Shown here in pieces: positions 30,999-37,951 of a stretch of DNA of 64,000 nt. The position numbers and the translations under genes are program-made. Where the stretch lies: the NCBI GenBank assembly GCA_043787975.1, contig JAYVUK010000071.1, positions 104,756 through 168,755 on the forward strand. Reading direction: 5' to 3'. The first letter of the stretch is position 1. Every line of letters begins with the position of its first letter. The stretch comes from Bacteroidota bacterium (GTDB lineage: Bacteria; Bacteroidota; Bacteroidia; AKYH767-A; 2013-40CM-41-45). The notes below the pieces were generated by a model. That model searched no databases. It saw nothing but the letters and a program-made list of their open reading frames with translations, and had not been told where the DNA came from.

Positions 30999-32291
30999 CT
31001 TTGAAAAAACAACATCAAGACTTTCGCAAACAGCTTGTGCTGCTTTCTTTAGATCTTCTTTTGAATGAGCGCTTGAAATAAATCCTACTTCATAACCGGA
31101 AGGTCCGAGATAAATTCCCCGCTCAAGAAGTTCGTGATGAAAATTTTTGAAGTGATCCATACTCCCGGAATCTATTTCATCGGCGCGTTGGATTTTTTCT
31201 TTGTCAGTAAATGCAAACCAGAAGATTGAACTAATGGAGAACAGTCGACAGTTGACAGTCGACGGTTGACAATGCTGATTTATCAAGTCAACAAAAAAAT
31301 CTGTTTTATCTTTTAAGTCAGCATAGAAGTTTTCTTTTATACATTCTTTCAACTGCGCAATTCCGGCAGCCATGGCAACAGGATTTCCGGAAAGTGTTCC
31401 TGCCTGGTATACATTTCCATCAGGAGAAATGTGCGACATGATTTTTTCACTTGCGCCGTACGCACCGACAGGCATTCCTCCGCCGATGATTTTCCCATAC
31501 GTGATGATGTCCGGTTGAATGTTGTAATAACCGGCTGCACCTTCAAAGCCAAGCCGGAAGCCGGAAATCACTTCGTCAAAAATCAACAGGATATTATTTT
31601 TTAGTGTAATCTCTCTCAGGAATTCGAGGTAGGATTTATCTTGAAGTAACAAACCATTGTTAGCAGGAACAGGTTCGATGATGATGGCGGCAATGTCGTG
31701 TGCATAATCTGCAACAGCAACTTCAACGGCTCTGCGATCATTCAGTGGTAACACGATTGTATCTTTTGCAACAGCTTCTGTAACTCCTTCAGACGATGAA
31801 ATACCAAATGTGGAAAGTCCGCTTCCGGCTTTTACAAGCATGGAATCAACATGACCGTGATAACAACCCTCGAACTTGATGACTACAGGTTTATTCGTGT
31901 ATCCTCTTGCCAAACGAAGTGCGCTCATCACAGCTTCTGTTCCTGAACTCACAAAACGAATTTTTTCAATGAAGCGGTTGTTGGAAAGAATCAATTCAGC
32001 CAGTTCATTTTCTTTTTGTGTGGGCGCTCCAAAGGAAGTTCCGTTCGAAACCGACTGGAAAATTTTTTCTCTGACAGCAGGATGATTGTGTCCGAGAATT
32101 AACGGTCCCCACGATCCACAGAAATCAATAAACTCATTGCCATCCGCATCCCAAATTCTACAGCCGTCTCCACGTTCGATAAACAACGGTGTTCCGCCAA
32201 CAGAACGAAATGCCCGAACCGGAGAATTCACTCCACCGGGGAAATATTCTTTCGCTTTTTCAAAAAGTGCTTCTGATTTTTGTCGTTTCAT
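30969..32291 (-). CDS. hemL: glutamate-1-semialdehyde 2,1-aminomutase
   Basis: GGVNSPVRAF and PLP-lysine region (TYGKIIGGG). Start set at the ATG at 32291 (MKRQKSEALFEKAKEYFPGGVNSP). Confidence 0.92.
   Translation of the reverse strand: MKRQKSEALFEKAKEYFPGGVNSPVRAFRSVGGTPLFIERGDGCRIWDADGNEFIDFCGSWGPLILGHNHPAVREKIFQSVSNGTSFGAPTQKENELAELILSNNRFIEKIRFVSSGTEAVMSALRLARGYTNKPVVIKFEGCYHGHVDSMLVKAGSGLSTFGISSSEGVTEAVAKDTIVLPLNDRRAVEVAVADYAHDIAAIIIEPVPANNGLLLQDKSYLEFLREITLKNNILLIFDEVISGFRLGFEGAAGYYNIQPDIITYGKIIGGGMPVGAYGASEKIMSHISPDGNVYQAGTLSGNPVAMAAGIAQLKECIKENFYADLKDKTDFFVDLINQHCQPSTVNCRLFSISSIFWFAFTDKEKIQRADEIDSGSMDHFKNFHHELLERGIYLGPSGYEVGFISSAHSKEDLKKAAQAVCESLDVVFSKSIERVAKVK
31243..31270. repeat. 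four tandem heptamers (agtcgac agttgac agtcgac ggttgac) inside hemL
   Basis: Period-7 repeat read directly. Same word family as 34032-34069 and 45796-45828. Confidence 0.7.
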
Positions 32292-32364
32292 TTTGAATTT
32301 ATAGACATGCTTACTTGTGTGATGCAAAGTTCGAAATAAATTTAGAATTGTTCTTGTCAAATTA

Positions 32365-32372
32365 TACCTTTG
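32365..32372 (+). promoter_or_regulatory. candidate -7 box (TACCTTTG)
   Basis: TAnnTTTG 20 nt upstream of the antitoxin ATG. Confidence 0.4.
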
Positions 32373-32392
32373 CTTGGTAAAGAGCATTCACA

Positions 32393-32605
32393 ATGACATT
32401 ACGAACTCAACTTATTAACGATTTAAAAACTTTCGATTCAGAAATGCTATCTCATGCACAAGATTTTATTGAGCAGTTAAAGAAAAAAACTTTTCGAAAA
32501 AAAAATCCGTTGCTGAAATATGCCGGAAAACTTTCTGATAGAGATGCTAAAGAAATCCAGACAGTCATTCAACAAGAGTTTAATTCAATCGAAGGAGAAT
32601 GGTGA
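32393..32605 (+). CDS. VapB-like antitoxin (DUF2281-like, tentative)
   Basis: 70 aa. Its stop overlaps the ATG of the PIN gene (ATGGTGA). Confidence 0.6.
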   Translation: MTLRTQLINDLKTFDSEMLSHAQDFIEQLKKKTFRKKNPLLKYAGKLSDRDAKEIQTVIQQEFNSIEGEW

Positions 32606-32994
32606 GTAATAAACTTGTTGCGATTGATACAAATGTCGCAATTGCTGTTCTGAATGGGGATAGAAAAATATTGAGCTCTTTGAAGAAATTTGATTCGATA
32701 ACCCTTCCATTTACTGTTTGCGGAGAATTGCTTTTTGGCGCGTACAACAGTTCACGCACAAAATCGAATCTTTTTCTTTTTAGAAAATTTATTCAGGATT
32801 GTTTAATTTTAGATTCTGGTCTTCAGGTTGCAGAAAACTATGCAGTGATCAGAAAGGAATTAAAAGACAAGGGCAAACCGATTCCTGAAAATGATATATG
32901 GATCGCAGCTACATGTATGTTTCATGATGTACCCATCGCTACTTTTGATAAACATTTCCATTTTATCAAAGGAATAAAATTCGTTCGAATTTAA
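32599..32994 (+). CDS. vapC: PIN-domain ribonuclease toxin (VapC-like)
   Basis: N-terminal acidic motif VAIDTNV, conserved later acidic residues (ENDIWIAA, TFDKHF), about 130 aa. Confidence 0.8.
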   Translation: MVSNKLVAIDTNVAIAVLNGDRKILSSLKKFDSITLPFTVCGELLFGAYNSSRTKSNLFLFRKFIQDCLILDSGLQVAENYAVIRKELKDKGKPIPENDIWIAATCMFHDVPIATFDKHFHFIKGIKFVRI

Positions 32995-32998
32995 TTTT

Positions 32999-34285
32999 AT
33001 GGATTATAGTTTTTCACACGACTTCGCTCGTAAACTTGATGAATCAGATCCGTTAAGGAAATTTCGTGAGCGCTTTTATTTTCCACTCATGAATGGAAAA
33101 GAAGTAATTTATTTCACCGGGAATTCGCTTGGCCTGCAACCGAAATCAACACAGGATTATGTAGTACGCGAATTGGAAGATTGGGCAACGTACGGTGTAG
33201 AAGGACATTTTCATGCACGCAATCCGTGGTACAATTACAAAGAGTTTCTGAAAGATGCTGTAGCTCGGTTGCTTGGAGCAAAACCGGAAGAAGTGGTAGT
33301 GATGAATTCACTCACCGTGAATTTACATTTGCTCTTGGTTTCTTTTTATCGACCAACCAAAGACCGGTATAAAATTATTTGTGAATACGATGCTTTCCCT
33401 TCCGACCTGTATGCCGTGCAATCCCAGGCTGCGTTTCATAATTTCAATCCGGATGATGCCGTCATTTATCTGAAGGCACGCGAAGGAGAATACTGTTTGC
33501 GAACGGAAGATATTTTGAAAGCCATTGAAGAGGCCGGTGATTCACTGGCAACGGTGATGCTTGGAGCGGTGAATTATTACACCGGACAATATCTTGATTT
33601 GGAAAAAATCTCCGTTGCCGCACATAAAGCAGGTGCAACATGTGGTTTTAATCTAGCACATGCTGCCGGAAATGTATTGATGAAATTACATGACTGGAAT
33701 GTTGATTACGCATGTTTTTGTTCTTATAAATACCTGAATGCCGGACCGGGAAGTGTGTCGGGAATATTTGTTCACGAAAAATACCTGGGAAAAAATCTTC
33801 CGCAGTTTGCCGGATGGTGGGGCAACGATCCGGAAACACGATTTAAAATTCCAAGAACATTTGAACCGGTAAAAGCGGCATCAGCGTGGGCGTTGAGCAA
33901 TGATCCTGTTTTATCAATGGCTGCACTCAAGGCTTCTCTTGATATGTTTGATGAAGCAGGCTTAAGTAATTTAAGAGAGAAGAGTGAAAAACTGACCGGT
34001 TATCTTGAATTTGTTGTCGGAGAAATAAATAAGTCGACGGTCAACAGTCGACAGTCGACCGTGGACAGTATTCAAATTATTACTCCGATGGAAATTAATC
34101 AGCGAGGATGCCAGTTGTCGTTGGTGTTTGCGAAGAATGGAAAAGAGATTTATAAAAGATTAACTCAGCAAGGTATTATCACGGATTGGCGTGAGCCGGA
34201 TGTAATTCGTGTGGCTCCCGTTCCGATGTATAATTCGTTTGAAGATGTATTCAGGTTTGGAGAAATTTTGAAAAAGGAGATTTAA
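32999..34285 (+). CDS. kynU: kynureninase
   Basis: Class-V aminotransferase fold with the kynureninase pattern (YFTGNSLGLQP, CSYKYLNAGPG, WWG, ITDWREPDVIRVAP). Confidence 0.9.
   Translation: MDYSFSHDFARKLDESDPLRKFRERFYFPLMNGKEVIYFTGNSLGLQPKSTQDYVVRELEDWATYGVEGHFHARNPWYNYKEFLKDAVARLLGAKPEEVVVMNSLTVNLHLLLVSFYRPTKDRYKIICEYDAFPSDLYAVQSQAAFHNFNPDDAVIYLKAREGEYCLRTEDILKAIEEAGDSLATVMLGAVNYYTGQYLDLEKISVAAHKAGATCGFNLAHAAGNVLMKLHDWNVDYACFCSYKYLNAGPGSVSGIFVHEKYLGKNLPQFAGWWGNDPETRFKIPRTFEPVKAASAWALSNDPVLSMAALKASLDMFDEAGLSNLREKSEKLTGYLEFVVGEINKSTVNSRQSTVDSIQIITPMEINQRGCQLSLVFAKNGKEIYKRLTQQGIITDWREPDVIRVAPVPMYNSFEDVFRFGEILKKEI
34032..34069. repeat. tandem heptamers (agtcgac ggtcaac agtcgac agtcgac cgtggac agt) inside kynU
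   Basis: Period-7 repeat read directly. It encodes KSTVNSRQSTVDS. Confidence 0.7.
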
Positions 34286-34309
34286 ACTAGAAACTTTTTA
34301 TAGTCAGCG

Positions 34310-35656
34310 ATGCAAAAGAATATCACCATACTCGGAGCCGGATTAGTTGGCAGCTTGCTTTCAATCTATCTCGCGAAGCGCGGACATAAAGTAACGATCT
34401 ATGAGCGCAGACCTGATATGCGCAAAGAAAAAATGTCAACCGGAAAGAGTATCAACCTTGCGTTGAGCGATCGGGGTTGGAAAGGTTTGGAAGGAACCGG
34501 TATTGCGGAAGAAATCAGGAAGGTTGCCATTCCAATGTATGGACGAACAATCCATCATATCAGCGGAGAAATAAATTTTCAGCCGTATGGAGAAAAAGAT
34601 CAGGCCATCTGGTCGGTGTCTCGTGGCGGATTAAATATTGAGTTAATGAATCTTGCCGAGCGAAATCAGCAAGTAAGAATATTTTTCAATGAACGATGCA
34701 CCGGTGTAGACCTTGAACAGGCAGCGGCTAAATTTGAAAACCAGGAAACAAAAAAATCTTCTTCGATAGAAAGTGATTTGATCTTTGGAGCAGATGGTGC
34801 ATTCTCCGCTGCCCGTTTGCAATTGCAGCTTTCAACCGATCGTTTTCAATATTCACAACAGTACATCGAGCATGGATATAAAGAGTTGAATATTCCCGCA
34901 GGAAAAGGCGGTGAATGGCTGATGGAGAAAAATGCGCTGCACATCTGGCCGCGAGGTGGATATATGCTTATCGCGCTTCCTAATATTGATGGAAGTTTTA
35001 CGTGTACCTTGTTCTTTTCTTTTGAGGGCGCCGAATCATTTAGCAAGTTGCAAAGTGAAAAAGAGTTGCTTGATTTTTTTAATCGTGTTTTTCCGGATGC
35101 TGTCCCGTTGATGCCGACCCTTGTTTATGATTTTTTTGCCAACCCAACAGGATCACTCGTTACCGTAAGATGTTTTCCATGGAGTTATAAGGATAAAGTT
35201 TGCCTGATCGGAGATGCAGCTCATGCCATTGTACCTTTCTTCGGACAAGGAATGAATTGTGGGTTTGAAGATTGCACGATTCTACAGGAGTTGATGAATG
35301 ACAATGAGGATGATTGGGAAAAACTTTTCAAAGATTTTGAGGAATCACGTAAACCAAACGCAGATGCAATTGCAGAACTTGCTTTGCAAAATTTTATCGA
35401 GATGCGTGATCTTGTCGGAGACAAAAAATTTCTTCTCCGAAAAAAAATTGAAGCGTGGTTTCATCAGAAGCATCCCGGTAAATGGTTATCGCTTTATTCG
35501 CAGGTTACATTCAGTGCTCACATCCCTTATTCTGTAGCGCTGGCGAATGGCAAACGCCAGGATGTGATTATGGATAAAATCATGTCCATGGAAAATATAG
35601 ATGAGAAATGGAATGATTCGGAAGTTGAGAGCATGATGCTTGAAATGATCGGTTGA
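34310..35656 (+). CDS. kmo: kynurenine 3-monooxygenase (FAD-dependent)
   Basis: Dinucleotide fold ILGAGLVGSL, GDAAH motif, about 450 aa, adjacent to kynU. Confidence 0.88.
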   Translation: MQKNITILGAGLVGSLLSIYLAKRGHKVTIYERRPDMRKEKMSTGKSINLALSDRGWKGLEGTGIAEEIRKVAIPMYGRTIHHISGEINFQPYGEKDQAIWSVSRGGLNIELMNLAERNQQVRIFFNERCTGVDLEQAAAKFENQETKKSSSIESDLIFGADGAFSAARLQLQLSTDRFQYSQQYIEHGYKELNIPAGKGGEWLMEKNALHIWPRGGYMLIALPNIDGSFTCTLFFSFEGAESFSKLQSEKELLDFFNRVFPDAVPLMPTLVYDFFANPTGSLVTVRCFPWSYKDKVCLIGDAAHAIVPFFGQGMNCGFEDCTILQELMNDNEDDWEKLFKDFEESRKPNADAIAELALQNFIEMRDLVGDKKFLLRKKIEAWFHQKHPGKWLSLYSQVTFSAHIPYSVALANGKRQDVIMDKIMSMENIDEKWNDSEVESMMLEMIG

Positions 35657-35681
35657 TTTTTATTGTTCGGCTGAACATGAC

Positions 35682-35689
35682 TATATTTG
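35682..35689 (+). promoter_or_regulatory. candidate -7 box (TATATTTG)
   Basis: TAnnTTTG 18 nt upstream of the TTG start at 35708. Confidence 0.4.
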
Positions 35690-35707
35690 CAGTGAGAAAT
35701 TTTTTTT

Positions 35708-36376
35708 TTGTTGGCTAAGTCTAAAGCGAATACTCTTTCTTTTTTTGCCGTTGTAAAACTTAACTGGCTTGCATCGTGGAAGCAGCCTTTGTTTCTCATT
35801 CAGTTTATCATATCGCTTGGTATCATTGCTTCCTTTGGTTTTTTCTTCCCCTTTTTTTTCGATTTCATTGAAGCACGTAACGGGCAAACACTAAATGATT
35901 TTATAGTAGCCAGTATTCCACCCAAAGACGTATCACGGATGATATTCCTTCTTCTGTATCTCGGAATACTGATCGGAATGCTTTGCAATTTGTTGAAGCC
36001 GAAAAACTTTTTGATTGCGTTGGAGATTTACTGCCTTGTCACCTTCCTTAGAATTATATCTATTTCACTCCTTCCATTAAATCCTCCTTTTGGATACATC
36101 CCTTTGAAGGAGCCTTTTGTAGCGCTATTTATAAACGGCACACGGACCATTTCAAAAGATCTTTTTTTCTCAGGCCATGCATCCACGATTTTTGCAATCT
36201 ATTTTTCAGTTGAACAGAAGCATTTTAAAAGCATCCTCCTGCTTTTTTCAATCACGGTCGGAGGTCTCCTGCTGATGCAACATGTACATTACACCATGGA
36301 TGTACTCGCTTCCCCGCTGGCGGTTTTTTTCTGTCACCGTCTTTCAAAAAAAGTTTTCACAAAGAACATTTTATAA
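35708..36376 (+). CDS. PAP2-related / sphingomyelin-synthase-like membrane protein
   Basis: Multi-TM protein with motifs FFSGHAST and HYTMDV typical of the PAP2_C type. TTG start, no upstream ATG. Confidence 0.6.
   Translation: MLAKSKANTLSFFAVVKLNWLASWKQPLFLIQFIISLGIIASFGFFFPFFFDFIEARNGQTLNDFIVASIPPKDVSRMIFLLLYLGILIGMLCNLLKPKNFLIALEIYCLVTFLRIISISLLPLNPPFGYIPLKEPFVALFINGTRTISKDLFFSGHASTIFAIYFSVEQKHFKSILLLFSITVGGLLLMQHVHYTMDVLASPLAVFFCHRLSKKVFTKNIL
36351..36374. repeat. 24-nt direct repeat, copy 1 (aagttttcacaaagaacattttat)
   Basis: 23/24 identical to 36895-36918. This copy forms the 3' end of the PAP2-like gene. Confidence 0.8.
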
Positions 36377-36485
36377 GCCTGCGGTTACAGGGGAAAGTTT
36401 CTTCATTACGAAGATTGAGTTAAAGGATATTATATTTTCTTCTCCTCTTTTATTCCCGCTCATATAAAAACCTGCTTTTATTAGG

Positions 36486-36806
36486 TTGTGTGTTAGATTG
36501 GGAGCGGATTCAGGGAGTGTGTGTGATTCACTTACATCAGTTCAAAGTTTGGAAGTTCAAAGTTCAACGTTAGAAGTGTATCCGAATCCTTCACAAGGAA
36601 TTTTTTCTTTGAAGCTAAAGGATGTAAATGACAGAATTGTTTCTGTAAGCGTAGAAGATATTTTAGGAAGCCTCACCCTAACCCTCTCCAAAGGAGAGGG
36701 AATTACAGCCAGTGTAGACATTGGCAATCAAGCGGCTGGAATTTATTTTGTGCATGTGACCACGCAGAAGAAGAAAATGTTTGCTGCGAAGATTGTGAAG
36801 GATTAG
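36486..36806 (+). pseudogene. orphan T9SS C-terminal sorting domain fragment
   Basis: LEVYPNPSQGIFSLKL...AAGIYFVHV...KIVKD is a T9SS CTD. The frame opens only at 36468, with no signal peptide and no passenger domain. Confidence 0.6.
36672..36702. repeat. GGAGAGGG-type hairpin (CCCTCTCC-AAA-GGAGAGGG) inside the CTD fragment
   Basis: 8-bp stem and 3-nt loop at 36682-36700, translated as LTLTLSKGEGI. Related copy at 41651-41683. Confidence 0.65.
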
Positions 36807-36894
36807 TGTAATAAATCCGCTAATCTATTAATCCTATAAATCATAGTTCAGACAATCACTTTCCGTCATGTAGAAACACCTGACGGCACGGGAA

Positions 36895-36918
36895 AGTTTT
36901 CACAAAGAACATTTTACA
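36895..36918. repeat. 24-nt direct repeat, copy 2 (aagttttcacaaagaacattttac)
   Basis: Overlaps the stop codon of the MBL-fold gene on the minus strand. Confidence 0.8.
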
Positions 36919-37549
36919 AAAACGGATTATTCTCTTTTTCAAACCCAATCGTTGTTTCCGGACCATGGCCAGAGTAAACTTTGTAATCATCACCCAGCGG
37001 AAATAATTTTTCTTTGATGCTGCGAATCAGTATTTCAAAATTTCCTCCCGGAAGATCCGTTCTACCAATGCTTCCGTAAAACAATACATCTCCTGCAATC
37101 ACAAAATTATCTGATCGATTGTAAAATGAAATGCTTCCTTCGCTGTGGCCCGGAGTAAATAAAACTTCAAGCTTCGAATTACCAAACAGTATAACAGCAC
37201 CTTCTTCAAGTAATATTTTCGGCTCCGGAGAAGGTTCAGCATTGATGCCCCAAAGTTGTCCGTACGTTGAAGCTGCTTTTAACAATTTCACATCGTGCCG
37301 GTTCATTTCAAGATCGAGATGATATTTTCCCGATACAAAATTATTTCCAAGTATATGATCAATGTGTGCATGTGTGTTGAGCAGTTTCACTGGCGTTAGC
37401 CCGGCAGACTCAATAAAATCAGCAAGCTCACGTTTTTCGTTCGTGTCATAACATCCGGGATCAATGATGACGCATTGTTTGGAATCATCATATAAGATGT
37501 ATGTGTTCTCCTCAAACGGACCGAATGTAAAACTCTTGATGGAAATCAT
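36914..37549 (-). CDS. MBL-fold metallo-hydrolase (glyoxalase II-like)
   Basis: HAHIDH metal motif, later TPGHSEGS and GRTD motifs, about 210 aa. Confidence 0.85.
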   Translation of the reverse strand: MISIKSFTFGPFEENTYILYDDSKQCVIIDPGCYDTNEKRELADFIESAGLTPVKLLNTHAHIDHILGNNFVSGKYHLDLEMNRHDVKLLKAASTYGQLWGINAEPSPEPKILLEEGAVILFGNSKLEVLFTPGHSEGSISFYNRSDNFVIAGDVLFYGSIGRTDLPGGNFEILIRSIKEKLFPLGDDYKVYSGHGPETTIGFEKENNPFL

Positions 37550-37654
37550 TTTTACGATGTAAGTGTGTAAAATTAAACAATGCTTTCGTAGATAAAGAAG
37601 ATATGAATCTTGGGCAGTGTCTCAGTTTAAAACCAACCCTAGTCATCGAACTTT

Positions 37655-37707
37655 GAATCAGTACGAAACCGGGAACAAAGCAATATTCGTAGTTTCGTAC
37701 TGATTCG
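37655..37707. repeat. TTCGTA-type hairpin (degenerate left arm)
   Basis: gaatcagtacgaaac / gtttcgtactgattc, a 15-bp stem. Same family as 47190, 63260 and 41411. Confidence 0.7.
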
Positions 37708-37862
37708 AAATTCGGTAGTGGTTCATTTTGGTTTCACGCAGAGATAAACAGAGAAGCAGAGGTCGCAGAGGGTGTCAATTTTATCATTTCTCAGCGTTCT
37801 CTGCAACTCATCATTCTCTGCGTGAAATTTTTTATGAAACTGTACCACTACCCGAAATTCGA
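37705..37862. repeat. GCAGAGA-type long palindromic element (MITE-like)
   Basis: Outer arms tcgaaattcggtagtgg..tttcacgcagaga / tctctgcgtgaaa..ccactacccgaaattcga, with inner cagagaa/gcagagg sub-repeats. Confidence 0.7.
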
Positions 37863-37951
37863 TGGAATCATCATAAAACTCAAATTGAGGTACTATCGAT
37901 TCCTGTGCAGAAAAATAACTAAATTCGCATAACCATTTCAAGCTAAAATTT

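Noticed and set aside
37723-37941. ORFs 37723..37941 (minus) and 37728..37922 (plus) in the MBL / 1107-aa intergenic region
   Set aside because: Both are read straight through the GCAGAGA-type palindrome. Their mirror-image placement on both strands is what a palindrome produces.
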